In this document: positions 52,347 through 61,983 of the stretch, piece after piece | Layout: the number at the start of each line of letters is the position of its first letter | Numbering within the stretch: the first letter of the stretch is position 1 | Notes under the pieces: model-generated | Told to the model about the DNA's origin: nothing | The model's input: the letters and a program-made list of their open reading frames with translations, nothing else | Database searches by the model: none | Translations under genes and position numbers: made by a program | Source of the DNA: an uncultured Methanoregulaceae archaeon | GTDB taxonomy: Archaea > Halobacteriota > Methanomicrobia > Methanomicrobiales > Methanospirillaceae | Length of the DNA stretch: 64,000 bases | NCBI GenBank assembly: GCA_963737635.1 | Contig: CAVTTL010000001.1 | Span: 1,824,001-1,888,000 of the forward strand | Reading direction: 5' to 3'

Positions 52347-53050
52347 GGATACACGGTAAGGATAGGAGGATCGTCAATGTACTGCCAGCCTTTCTGTGCC
52401 GCAAGACGCCGCATGGCCGGCGCTTCAAGGGCATAATGGGTCGATTCTATGCAGGGAAGCGGAGCCGCACGGGCTACCGACAGTTTCATCTCAGACGAGA
52501 GAAACGCGTCAGCCCCAAGCGCTTTTGCCTCGACCATTAGAGCGGGATCAAAACCACTGCCGGCAACAACGCCAAGCTGCCGGTGAGATGAAAGGTTTCC
52601 CCAGATCCGGAGGCTTCCGCCCAGTCTCTGTGAGATTTCAGGAACCGCGAGACTGCAGGTTCCCACCAGGCCAAGGGACAAGGGTTGGCAATCCTCAAGA
52701 TCGAGGAGGTCTACAAGTGCATCATTCACGCCACCGCCGGCGTGGTCAAAGTTCGTATGCATCACGTACACATTCAATCCCCCGGAAAGGATCTCGCGGA
52801 TCAACGACGCAGTGGACCCGGTGAGAGCGGTGAGTGGCGTCCAGATTGGTGTGTGGTGGACGACGAGCATATCGGCTTGTGCAGCGATCGCCTGCTGTAC
52901 CACAGAAGGAGTTACGTCCAGAGCGCAGCAGACCGTCCCTATCTCCGGTCTTCCCTCTATAATTAGCCCTATCCTGCCAGTATCAAATTCTTCGGCGAGT
53001 GATGGGGGGGCGAGCCGTTCCATCTCTTCTGCAAAAGCACGCAGGTGCAT
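52343..53050 (-). CDS. Nif3/YbgI-like dinuclear metal centre protein
   Basis: ALDVT, VHHTP, HTNFD, THYALE. Confidence 0.9.
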   Translation of the reverse strand: MHLRAFAEEMERLAPPSLAEEFDTGRIGLIIEGRPEIGTVCCALDVTPSVVQQAIAAQADMLVVHHTPIWTPLTALTGSTASLIREILSGGLNVYVMHTNFDHAGGGVNDALVDLLDLEDCQPLSLGLVGTCSLAVPEISQRLGGSLRIWGNLSSHRQLGVVAGSGFDPALMVEAKALGADAFLSSEMKLSVARAAPLPCIESTHYALEAPAMRRLAAQKGWQYIDDPPILTVYP

Positions 53051-53085
53051 ATATGAGGTTTTGCTGGGCTGGGATATATACCATA

Positions 53086-53102
53086 TATTACCAATGGTAA
53101 TA
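53086..53102. promoter_or_regulatory. Perfect 17-bp palindrome, candidate operator
   Basis: TATTACCA-A-TGGTAATA between divergent TATA-like boxes. Confidence 0.55.
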
Positions 53103-53141
53103 ACAGTGACTTTTAATATTCATAAAACGATATTTCCTGCC

Positions 53142-54650
53142 ATGTACAAGTCCATCGGGCAGATCAACGAGCGTATCTGTGACGGCAGTGCCCGGGTCGT
53201 CACCGCGGAAGAGATGCCGCGCATCGTTGACGAGCTGGGCGAGGAGGGCGCGCTTAAGGAAGTGGATGTCGTCACCACCGGGACATTCGGGGCCATGTGT
53301 TCTTCAGGAGCTTTCTTAAATTTCGGACATTCAGAGCCTCCGATACGAATGGAGAGGATATGGCTCAACGATGTCGAGGCGTACGGAGGTCTTGCCGCCG
53401 TCGACACCTATATTGGTGCAACCCAGCAGTCAGCTACGTTAGATGAGAGATATGGCGGCGCCCACGTCATAGAAGACCTTGTCTCCGGGAAATCGGTCGA
53501 ACTGCGCGCTACTTCGCGCGGTACCGACTGTTACCCACGCAGGACGATCACGACCGAACTCCTGCTTGAAAACCTTAACCAGGCGATTATGTGCAACCCG
53601 CGCAATGCCTACCAGCGATATAATGCGGCGACCAACACGACTGACCGGCTCCTCCACACATACATGGGAACTCTCCTCCCCAATACCGGCAACATCACGT
53701 ACTCAGGGGCGGGATTGCTCAACCCGATAACGAACGACCCCAAACTCCGGCTCATCGGCAGCGGCGTCCCGATCTTTTTGTGTGGCACGCAGGGTATGGT
53801 GATCGGGGAGGGAACGCAGCACTCGCCAGCTGGCGGTTTTGGCACGCTGATGGTGACCGGGAATTTAAAAGAGATGTCTTCCGATTACCTCCGCGCTGCC
53901 ACTATGACCGGGTACGGTGTTACCCTCTACATCGGTATTGGGGTACCACTGCCGGTCCTCGACATTGACGTTGTCAGGGCAACGGCAATCCGGGACGAGG
54001 ATATTTCAGTGGATCTGCTCGATTACGGCGTGCCAAGCCGGGCCCGTCCCCAAGTGAGAAGCGTGACCTATGCCGAACTCAGGTCCGGCGCGGTTGAGAT
54101 CAACGGGGAGCAGGTGAGGACCTCTTCATTATCGAGCTTCCGCAGGGCACGCAGGGTCGCCGAAGAGCTCAAATCCTGGATCGAAAAGAGCACGATGCAG
54201 CTGGCATTGCCTACCCGGCCCATTGATCCAGCTAAAAAGGTTCACCCGATGCACGAGAGCAGAAAAGGCCCCCGGGTGATGGACATCATGGACCGGCAGA
54301 TCGTGAGCGTTGGGGAGAACGAAGAGATCCGGACCGCTGCGCAGAAACTGCTCAAAGGGGAGACCAACCACCTCCCGGTGATCGGCGGCGATGGCAGGCT
54401 TGTCGGGATCGTGACCACCTTTGATATATCAAAGGCCGTCGCAAACCCGGGGAAGGCAAGCACTGTAGGCGATATCATGAAAAAGAAAGTGGTGACCACC
54501 ACCACTGACGAAGCAGTAGACATTGCGGTCCGGAAACTGGAACAGAATAATATCAGTGCGCTTCCGGTCCTTGACCCGGATCGCCACGTGATTGGCATGC
54601 TTACCGCGATCAATCTCGGCAAGCTCTTCGGCGGGAGATGGCTGAAATGA
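53142..54650 (+). CDS. Homocysteine biosynthesis protein, DUF39 + CBS pair (MA1821-type aspartate-semialdehyde sulfurtransferase)
   Basis: VDVVTTGTFGAMCSSG, GLAAVD, TDCYPR, PRNAYQ, YMGTLLP; C-terminal CBS domains. Confidence 0.92.
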   Translation: MYKSIGQINERICDGSARVVTAEEMPRIVDELGEEGALKEVDVVTTGTFGAMCSSGAFLNFGHSEPPIRMERIWLNDVEAYGGLAAVDTYIGATQQSATLDERYGGAHVIEDLVSGKSVELRATSRGTDCYPRRTITTELLLENLNQAIMCNPRNAYQRYNAATNTTDRLLHTYMGTLLPNTGNITYSGAGLLNPITNDPKLRLIGSGVPIFLCGTQGMVIGEGTQHSPAGGFGTLMVTGNLKEMSSDYLRAATMTGYGVTLYIGIGVPLPVLDIDVVRATAIRDEDISVDLLDYGVPSRARPQVRSVTYAELRSGAVEINGEQVRTSSLSSFRRARRVAEELKSWIEKSTMQLALPTRPIDPAKKVHPMHESRKGPRVMDIMDRQIVSVGENEEIRTAAQKLLKGETNHLPVIGGDGRLVGIVTTFDISKAVANPGKASTVGDIMKKKVVTTTTDEAVDIAVRKLEQNNISALPVLDPDRHVIGMLTAINLGKLFGGRWLK

Positions 54651-55033
54651 AGCTGCTCGTTAACTTTTCCAAAGGCCGAAATAATGCCCCGATAATCGCC
54701 CAGGTAGTAAAGGAAACCGGCGTTCTTATCAGTGTCGAACGTGCGGTGATCGACTCGTCTGAAGGTGAAGCACTTATCGAAGTCCCCGACGACCAGTGCA
54801 AACTCGTCCGGGCCAGCCTGACGCGGCACGGTGCAACCGTGAGACTGCTTGAACACGGGATCAGCCTTGATACAGGCGAATGCGTGGACTGTGGTGCATG
54901 TATTTCCATCTGCCCCCGGGAAGTCTTCTCCTTTGACACAGACTGGAAACTTACGATAGCCGAAGACCGGTGTATCCTCTGCGGCACGTGCGTTCCCGCC
55001 TGCCCGCACCAGGCGCTGACGCTGCCCCTATGA
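54647..55033 (+). CDS. NIL-domain 2x[4Fe-4S] ferredoxin (MA1822-type)
   Basis: NIL-like N-terminus; CVDCGACISICP and CILCGTCVPACP. Confidence 0.9.
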   Translation: MKLLVNFSKGRNNAPIIAQVVKETGVLISVERAVIDSSEGEALIEVPDDQCKLVRASLTRHGATVRLLEHGISLDTGECVDCGACISICPREVFSFDTDWKLTIAEDRCILCGTCVPACPHQALTLPL

Positions 55034-55743
55034 TCCGCGCACCGTTCCGGTACCGGGAGACCTTCGCTGCGATCCTTGCTGATACACCCGCCCATGTGGC
55101 GGCGGCAAAGAAAGGTATGATCGATGCCCGGCAGGTGCTCGAGGCGCACATTGCCCGGGATCCTTTTTTTGCCAGCACATTTTTCCCATATGAACCGGAC
55201 ACTGACCATTCCCTGATTCGTCACATGGCAGCCGCCGTCTCCGACGCCGGTGTCGGGCCTATGGCAACTGTTGCGGGTGCCATAGCTGCTGCCGGTATCG
55301 ATGCCATGATCGAAGCAGGCGCCTCGTTTGGCGTGATCGATAATGGGGGTGACATTGCGCTTGTCAGCGACCGTGAGGTGACCGTCGGTGTGCACGCAGG
55401 AACTGCCCCGCTCTCCGACAGAATCGCCTTTGTCATCCCGCCTCAAAAAGAACCGTTTGGCATCTGCACATCATCTGCCACCGTTGGCCCATCTATCTCG
55501 TTTGGGGTTGCGGACGCGGTCACGATCTTCGCATACGATCCTCTCGTCGCGGATGCGTGGGCGACTGCAGTATGCAACCAGCTGCGCCCGGATGACCAGC
55601 GTATCCTCGACGGACTTGACCCGGGCAAAGTACAGGGAGTCTTTGCCATCATGGGAGAGACCGTTGTACAATGGGGAACTGTTCCACCCATCGTTCCTGC
55701 CCGGGTTGACAAACAGCTGATCGCTGCCGGGGACCGGTTATAG
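55030..55743 (+). CDS. UPF0280/ApbE-like (COG2122) protein
   Basis: VGPMATVAGAIA, DNGGDIAL, CTSSATVGPSISFG.ADA. Confidence 0.9.
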   Translation: MIRAPFRYRETFAAILADTPAHVAAAKKGMIDARQVLEAHIARDPFFASTFFPYEPDTDHSLIRHMAAAVSDAGVGPMATVAGAIAAAGIDAMIEAGASFGVIDNGGDIALVSDREVTVGVHAGTAPLSDRIAFVIPPQKEPFGICTSSATVGPSISFGVADAVTIFAYDPLVADAWATAVCNQLRPDDQRILDGLDPGKVQGVFAIMGETVVQWGTVPPIVPARVDKQLIAAGDRL

Positions 55744-56142
55744 CGTCGACTCGATAGAAGAAAGGCTGTCGGCGACCGCACTAGGACCGGAAAAGGTTTT
55801 GATGACCGCCTTGCCATCGGTTACTAAAATTTCCGGCTGGGTGTTCTTGACTCGGAAGACCCGTTCGAAGACGTCGATCTCGTCAATCTTCACACCTTCG
55901 ACAAGCGATGACGCAGGTTCAAGCTCAAGGCGTTCCCTGACGAGTTCATCGGGCACAGTACGGAAAAAATAATAGAAGACCTGCCACGCGTTTAAGAGAT
56001 CCGAGACCAGGAGTTCGCGGAGCACCGGCTGAGGCAGCGTTTCCAGCCGGCGCACGAGTGTGTCCTCATCCTCGCCGCTCTCCTCAAGAAGGCAGTCTGC
56101 GATCTGGACCAGTTCGGCAAAGGAGGGGGATCCATCATCCAT
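55738..56142 (-). CDS. Hypothetical protein
   Basis: Acidic soluble ORF filling the gap; no motif recognised. Confidence 0.6.
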   Translation of the reverse strand: MDDGSPSFAELVQIADCLLEESGEDEDTLVRRLETLPQPVLRELLVSDLLNAWQVFYYFFRTVPDELVRERLELEPASSLVEGVKIDEIDVFERVFRVKNTQPEILVTDGKAVIKTFSGPSAVADSLSSIESTL

Positions 56143-56237
56143 GGGATAAGGTAGGTCCCGGTGGGCAAAAAGGGTGCCGTACGAACGCATAACGATCGGT
56201 AATAAACTATAATGAGGCCGGGTGGGAATGTATACAG

Positions 56238-56519
56238 GTGAAAGATGAGGACACGGACTGGGTGGTCTATCACCTTATCGCACAGGAACCGGGCATCACT
56301 GCGGAAGGATTGGTAGATAAAAGCGGGTTGGATGGTGCTATTGTTGCGGCCTCCCTTGACAGGCTCGACCGTTCCTTTCTCATCAACCGTACCGGCACAC
56401 AGGTAAGAGTGCTTTCCGTTGGGGAGGCAATGGTGAAATGTCAGGCAAAATACGATACTACTCTGCCATATATCATTGAAGACGGCGTGATAAAGCCGCG
56501 GGAAAAACGAGGACCATGA
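56238..56519 (+). CDS. Small winged-HTH (MarR-like) protein
   Basis: VYHLI..PGIT.E.L....GL....V..SL.RL pattern. Confidence 0.7.
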   Translation: MKDEDTDWVVYHLIAQEPGITAEGLVDKSGLDGAIVAASLDRLDRSFLINRTGTQVRVLSVGEAMVKCQAKYDTTLPYIIEDGVIKPREKRGP

Positions 56520-57046
56520 CGGAAAAAGAAGTAGCCATACTCAGGATCGGCCACCGGCCTGAGCGCGACCAGCGGGTGACCACCCATGTGGCGCTGACCG
56601 GTCGGGCACTGGGCGCATCGGGGATGTTCCTTGCTACAAGCGACAAAGATATCGTCAAAAGTGTGCTGGATGTCGCTGACCGGTGGGGAGGTCCTTTTTT
56701 CTGCGAGGACAATGTATCCTGGCGCACCTGCATTAAAGGCTGGAAGGCAGCAGGAGGAAAGGTGGTCCACCTTACGATGTATGGGATCAACCTGCCCGCT
56801 ATCATTGGCGAGATCCGGCCCTGCGAAAAAATTCTTGTCGTTGTCGGGGCGGAGAAAGTGCCCGGCGAGATGTACGGTCTTGCAGATTACAATGTTGCTG
56901 TGACCGGCCAGCCCCACTCGGAGATCGCAAGCCTTGCGCTGTTCCTAGACCGCCTCTACGAGGGAACAGAATTCGCCCGTGAATTTCCCGGCGCAAAGAT
57001 CCGGATTGTGCCATCCCGGGTCGGGAAACAGACGGAGGAGTTGTGA
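56516..57046 (+). CDS. trm56: tRNA (cytidine56-2'-O)-methyltransferase aTrm56
   Basis: [41 protein letters not shown]. Confidence 0.95.
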   Translation: MTEKEVAILRIGHRPERDQRVTTHVALTGRALGASGMFLATSDKDIVKSVLDVADRWGGPFFCEDNVSWRTCIKGWKAAGGKVVHLTMYGINLPAIIGEIRPCEKILVVVGAEKVPGEMYGLADYNVAVTGQPHSEIASLALFLDRLYEGTEFAREFPGAKIRIVPSRVGKQTEEL

Positions 57047-58116
57047 AAGGCCGGGTCCTCGTCGCCGGTTTTGCCACGCGCCATGTGGCGCAGTCTGCTG
57101 CTCTTGCCGGTTATGAGGTCTGTGCGGTCGATCATTTCTGTGACCAGGACCTCATGTGGTACACCCGGGACAGGATCCGGTTTGACGACCTAAGCGACCT
57201 TCCCGAAGCCATCTCCCGGATGTGCACCAGATACTCTTTTGATTTCTGGGTGGCCACTTCAGGGGCGGAGAGTCTTACGGTGCCGGTTCCATTCTGCGGG
57301 ACGCCGCGCGAACGTGTTGACCGGTTCCTTGATAAGCTGGAGATGCAGCATTTTTTTGAAGATCTTGGTGTCCCGGTCCCCCGGATTGCCGGGGATAGCG
57401 AATACCCGGTGATGGCAAAACCACGCTGCGGTGCGGGGGGATGGCGCAATGCAGTGCTGTCTGATGCAGCGACAGAAAAACAATGGGCTGACCTGTACCC
57501 TAACGTTCCCTATATCCGCCAGCAGGTGGTTGAAGGGATCCCTGCAAGCGTCTGCTGTATTGCCAACGGCTATGCAGCGAGAGCGGTTGCGACAAACGAA
57601 CAGGTACTCCGGGGGTCCGGTGACGCTACGTTCGGGTTCTCCGGGTCGGTGACGCCGTTTGATCATTCATCGTCCAGAGAGATGATTGCCCTTGCCGAGA
57701 AAATTGCTGCATCAAGCGGCTGCATCGGAACCCTTGGCATCGACTTTGTGGTCGGTCCTGATACACCCTGGGTTATCGAGGTGAACCCCCGGTTCCAGGG
57801 AACACTTGACACGGTCGAGACAGCCTACGCGTGCAACCTGTTCCGGTACCATGTGAATGCATGCGCAGGGACGCTCCCGGATGCCTCCCACGCACAGATG
57901 TACGCTGCCCGGCGGATCCTCTTTGCAGACCGGGATCTGATCCTTGATACCGATTTGAAGGTGCTTGCCCCGGTTGTATCGGATATCCCGTGGCCGGGGA
58001 CTTTTTTTGAAGAAGAGCAGGCGGTTACCAGTGTATCCGGGACCGGGCAGACACGTAATGAAGCCCTTAGTACGCTGGATAAGAATATTAGCACTGTCCG
58101 ACAATATATGCGCTGA
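57043..58116 (+). CDS. ATP-grasp domain protein
   Basis: [28 protein letters not shown]. Confidence 0.88.
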   Translation: MKGRVLVAGFATRHVAQSAALAGYEVCAVDHFCDQDLMWYTRDRIRFDDLSDLPEAISRMCTRYSFDFWVATSGAESLTVPVPFCGTPRERVDRFLDKLEMQHFFEDLGVPVPRIAGDSEYPVMAKPRCGAGGWRNAVLSDAATEKQWADLYPNVPYIRQQVVEGIPASVCCIANGYAARAVATNEQVLRGSGDATFGFSGSVTPFDHSSSREMIALAEKIAASSGCIGTLGIDFVVGPDTPWVIEVNPRFQGTLDTVETAYACNLFRYHVNACAGTLPDASHAQMYAARRILFADRDLILDTDLKVLAPVVSDIPWPGTFFEEEQAVTSVSGTGQTRNEALSTLDKNISTVRQYMR

Positions 58117-58637
58117 TGGATCCAGTGGAAGAAGTGCTTAATAATCCGGCAATGAGGGCATATATTCACCGGTTGGTGGGTGACGAGGGGCTCAACCTTC
58201 TGGAAAAATTTCCCAAAGAAGGCGAGCACAGCGACGAGGAACTGGCCGCAAGCACCGGGATCAACCTGAACTCCGTACGCCACACGCTCTATACCTTGTA
58301 CGAGAAGCGGCTTGCCGAATACCACAGGATCAAGAATAACGAGACCGGCTGGCTGACGTATCTGTGGCAGCTGCGGATCGATCACATCTATGACGCCATC
58401 CGCGAAGATATGGAGATGGTACTGAGTAAACTCGAACACCGCGCACGGTTCGAAGAGGAGAATGATTTTTATATCTGCCGGGAATGCCACGACATCTATA
58501 CCTTCACGGTCGCTATCGGTAACGATTTCAAGTGCCCCACCTGCGACCTGCCGCTTTCCCATTTTGAGAACGAGATGCTGATAAAAGCACTCCGGGATCG
58601 CATCGAGAGCATGAAAAAAACCCTGGGTCATGCCTGA
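58116..58637 (+). CDS. tfe: Transcription factor E (TFE/TFIIE alpha)
   Basis: SDEELA..LNSVRHTLY.L, GWLTYLW, CxxC/FKCPTC Zn ribbon. Confidence 0.93.
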   Translation: MDPVEEVLNNPAMRAYIHRLVGDEGLNLLEKFPKEGEHSDEELAASTGINLNSVRHTLYTLYEKRLAEYHRIKNNETGWLTYLWQLRIDHIYDAIREDMEMVLSKLEHRARFEEENDFYICRECHDIYTFTVAIGNDFKCPTCDLPLSHFENEMLIKALRDRIESMKKTLGHA

Positions 58638-59127
58638 GACCCGGGACCGCTGCATTACGCTGCTCAGGGAAGCCGGGTGCAAACCGAAGGTTATAGCCCA
58701 CTGCCAGGCGGTCTGTGCCTGCGCCGAGGAGTATGCACAGCGGTCTTCTCTTGCCGATCCGTCCCTTGTTACTATCGGGGCTATGCTCCATGATATCGGC
58801 CGGGGAGGCACGCATTCGATCGGTCATGCGCAGAGAGGCGCAGACCTCCTGCGGGAGAAAGGTTTTCCGGAACGTGTGGCCCGGATCGTGGAATGCCACA
58901 CCGGTGCCGGCCTGACCGCCGATGAATGCACGCTTCTTGGGCTTTCTCCCCGCGACTGCATGCCGCGGACCATTGAGGAGAAGATTGTCACCCATGCGGA
59001 CAACCTGATCGCCGGTTCGACCCGGGTGACGATAGATGAAGAGATTTCATCTGCCATTCACCTGCCCCGGAAGATCCGGATAAGGATGTACCGGCTGGCA
59101 AATGACGTGGAACTGCTTACTCAGTAA
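58630..59127 (+). CDS. HD-domain hydrolase (TIGR00295-like)
   Basis: HC..V, LHDIGRG, HAQRGA, HTGAG, EEKIVTHADNL. Confidence 0.9.
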   Translation: MPETRDRCITLLREAGCKPKVIAHCQAVCACAEEYAQRSSLADPSLVTIGAMLHDIGRGGTHSIGHAQRGADLLREKGFPERVARIVECHTGAGLTADECTLLGLSPRDCMPRTIEEKIVTHADNLIAGSTRVTIDEEISSAIHLPRKIRIRMYRLANDVELLTQ

Positions 59128-59148
59128 GGGCACGTTTCAGTTTTCGTA

Positions 59149-59649
59149 TCAAATAATAACCTGACGTACCTGCGGAAGGGCACGTATCTCGTTGACAACA
59201 CCGGCTGGCAACGGCTCTTCGACAATAATGACCAGTTTTGGATCTTCTGAAAACTGAGGATCGGTAACGAAGATCTGCCGGATGGCAAGCGAGTGTTCTG
59301 CAAGTACGCGAACTGCGGCACCTATGATGCCTCGTTCGCTCGCATCCCTAGGCATGACAATGATAACCGAGAACCCCAGGGATTCTGCGACCCGGCTTAG
59401 GTCAGGAGTGGCCCGCATGTTGAGAAAGATCTCGCGCAGAAACGGACGATCGAGGATGCGTCTTGCGGTAGAATCCACGACGCGACGGTCCGATCCGATC
59501 GCTTTTGCGATTGACGTGGCCGGGATCTCGATCCCGTTGCAACAGATTCTTCCCTCATCATTGACGCTGAAGCCATTTTCGAGGAGGAACCGCACCACGC
59601 GACTTTGGGATGGTGAATCAGCAAATTCGTGGATGATGTCAGACCACAT
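59149..59649 (-). CDS. ACT-domain regulator of amino-acid metabolism (COG2150-like)
   Basis: IAKAIGSDRRVVDST HTH; C-terminal IRQIFVTDP ACT. Confidence 0.85.
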   Translation of the reverse strand: MWSDIIHEFADSPSQSRVVRFLLENGFSVNDEGRICCNGIEIPATSIAKAIGSDRRVVDSTARRILDRPFLREIFLNMRATPDLSRVAESLGFSVIIVMPRDASERGIIGAAVRVLAEHSLAIRQIFVTDPQFSEDPKLVIIVEEPLPAGVVNEIRALPQVRQVII

Positions 59650-59899
59650 ATGTTCACCCGGTTATAACGTAGATTCATATACACTTATGCTTCCAGCATG
59701 TCATCAGTGTAGAGAAAAGGGGGATCTGTCTGTACATGTGGCAGGGGACTGGCGCAAATCTCACAAAACGATTATTCACCCGTAAACAGGGCGGAACCGT
59801 GCATAACATTCTTTTAGATAGACAACCTTTTTGTTATGGCACAGAAGCGGGGTCAGCTGGCAACTCCGGCGGCGTTCGCAGTGCATTTCCTCTTCCCGG

Positions 59900-59984
59900 G
59901 CGAGGGTAGCCAAGCCAGGTCAAAGGCGCTAGGTTGAGGGCCTAGTCTCGTAGGAGTTCTTGGGTTCGAATCCCATCCCTCGCA
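59900..59984 (+). tRNA. tRNA-Leu (GAG)
   Basis: GCGAGGG/CCCTCGC acceptor stem, CTAGG-TTGAGGG-CCTAG anticodon arm, long variable arm, GGTTCGAATCC. Confidence 0.96.
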
Positions 59985-60241
59985 TTTCCCGTTCAGGGTC
60001 AACTCTCTTCTCAAGATTATTTCATTGTTCCCACGACACCGATGGGGTACGGATCGCTTCGGTCAAATCCCGAATGCCAGATACGATTTAATCAGGTGAT
60101 ATTTCCGCCTTAATGAGACTTTGATCTGAAAATCTCTTATTTTCATTGAGATTTCCCCGAATTCCCGTATTGTTCATGGTTTTGAATTAACAAAATAAAA
60201 AGGTAAAATAATAAATAAACAAAGGACAAACAATCCAGTCG

Positions 60242-61018
60242 ATGGATCGTATATTGTCTGATCGCGCTTTCAAGATCATCGTTCTCGTAGTCGGGATACT
60301 TGTCCTGGTCGATGTCGTAAACGTCTTTGTGCTCGGTGGACCTTCGGTGTTTACCCTTCTTTTCAAACCCGGGGGGACTGCTGCCGGAAATTCCAGCCCG
60401 ATCCCATCGGCGGATAATGTACCGGTGACTCCAACACTGAAGCAAACTGCAGTGAGTTCATTAAATGGCGTCCCGGCAATTTACGTACCGACGACCGCGA
60501 CCCCCATCCCGACGGTCCCGTATGTTTCTGTTGTGACACCGATCCAGACATCAAACGAAGGAACTATACCGACATATGTTATGCCTGCCGCCCAGACTTC
60601 CACTGATCAGAACGATTACATGGCGATTTACTCAAATAACCTTGCCTTTATTACAGACTCTCCCACAGCGGTGGCATTCAACGTGGGAAATCCTCCCCTC
60701 CTTATCAACTACACCGTCACCCCGACGACAACGGTTGACTACAACTATTATTATAATCACACGGCAACACAAGCAGGTACCTGGATGTATGACAACGTTA
60801 CACGACCTTCGGAACATGCCTGGTTCACGATAACAATCTATGACAAGGATACCGGCCAGCAAGTCGATCAGACGGGATACGGTGGCATCTATGGCTGGAC
60901 CCCCCAGAATACCTATAGTCTGCGAAAATCCGGGAATTTCCTGATCCAGTTTGATGGCGAGAATGCAAACGTCCTTGTCAACATGTTCCTCAGTAAGGAA
61001 GGAAACAGCGCATCATAG
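60242..61018 (+). CDS. Membrane-anchored extracellular protein with Thr/Pro linker
   Basis: N-terminal TM, PTTATP linker, aromatic beta-rich domain. Confidence 0.75.
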   Translation: MDRILSDRAFKIIVLVVGILVLVDVVNVFVLGGPSVFTLLFKPGGTAAGNSSPIPSADNVPVTPTLKQTAVSSLNGVPAIYVPTTATPIPTVPYVSVVTPIQTSNEGTIPTYVMPAAQTSTDQNDYMAIYSNNLAFITDSPTAVAFNVGNPPLLINYTVTPTTTVDYNYYYNHTATQAGTWMYDNVTRPSEHAWFTITIYDKDTGQQVDQTGYGGIYGWTPQNTYSLRKSGNFLIQFDGENANVLVNMFLSKEGNSAS

Positions 61019-61131
61019 AAATACACAAAAAATCCCCATCTTCTCTTTAATCTCGCAGATACTTCCGGGACTGCTTCGGTGTTTACCGTTATCTTTCGGT
61101 TCCTGTCAATTGTACGTTCTCCCAGTGCATT

Positions 61132-61983
61132 TTATAACGGGAAAAAACGGTTTATTATCAGGAGGATGACGACGAGTGAGGCAAGTATAATGCCCATAAG
61201 GAGATCGAACCGACCGAGTTTCTGCGGTTTGTACTTGGTATGGGGTACAGACTGGCGAAATCCCCGGGCCTGCATAGCGTCGGACGTATTTTTTGACCGT
61301 TTGAGGAGGGAAACGGTCGCCGGGATGAAGAGGGCGGTGAGTTTGTTCCGGATGCCGGTACCATTTCCCCGGTCCAGTTCAAGACCCCGGGATCGCTGCG
61401 CATCCATGATCTGACAGGTATCCTCGGTTAAGAAGGTTGTCGACCGAAGCGCATATCCCAGCGAGAAACTGAGGGTGGGCGGGACTCTCATTCCCTTGAG
61501 GCTTCGTATGAAATCATCATGCGAGGTAGTCATGAGAAAGAGGATCGCGATCCCGCAGATTGCAAGAAGCCGGAATCCCATCGCTAGGGCAAGAACCAGC
61601 CCGGCCCGGGTAACCTCCGGATGAAGAAAGCCGATCGAGGCAGAAAAATAGACCGGGCCGGACGGTGCCTTTGAGAATAAACTATCCAGAACAATGACCA
61701 GGATGAAGAGGGGTGAGGCCAGGGTGAGTGCACCCAGGAATTTCTTTATGATGCCCGAGCTAAGGGCGAGGAGTATTTCGAAAAGAAAAACCAGAACCAG
61801 GACGGCCAATGCACTGAACAGGACTGCAACGATACTCACCACAAGAAGAGCCAGGAGTTTTGTCCGTGGGTCAAGGTGGTGAAGAAATGAGTCTCCGGGA
61901 CTAAAACGGAGGAGCTGCAGGCGCCGGAGTTTCCGGGGTGTTCTTTCTGTATCCGACCTTTCAGGATTCACCTGTAGATTCAC
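61132..61983 (-). CDS. ecfT: ECF transporter transmembrane component T
   Basis: SFLHHLDPRTK, AQRSRG and AMQARG motifs. Confidence 0.92.
   Translation of the reverse strand: MNLQVNPERSDTERTPRKLRRLQLLRFSPGDSFLHHLDPRTKLLALLVVSIVAVLFSALAVLVLVFLFEILLALSSGIIKKFLGALTLASPLFILVIVLDSLFSKAPSGPVYFSASIGFLHPEVTRAGLVLALAMGFRLLAICGIAILFLMTTSHDDFIRSLKGMRVPPTLSFSLGYALRSTTFLTEDTCQIMDAQRSRGLELDRGNGTGIRNKLTALFIPATVSLLKRSKNTSDAMQARGFRQSVPHTKYKPQKLGRFDLLMGIILASLVVILLIINRFFPL

Noticed and set aside
59836-59899. GC-rich leader before tRNA-Leu as a separate ncRNA
   Set aside because: Only weak, irregular pairing; compatible with an ordinary pre-tRNA leader
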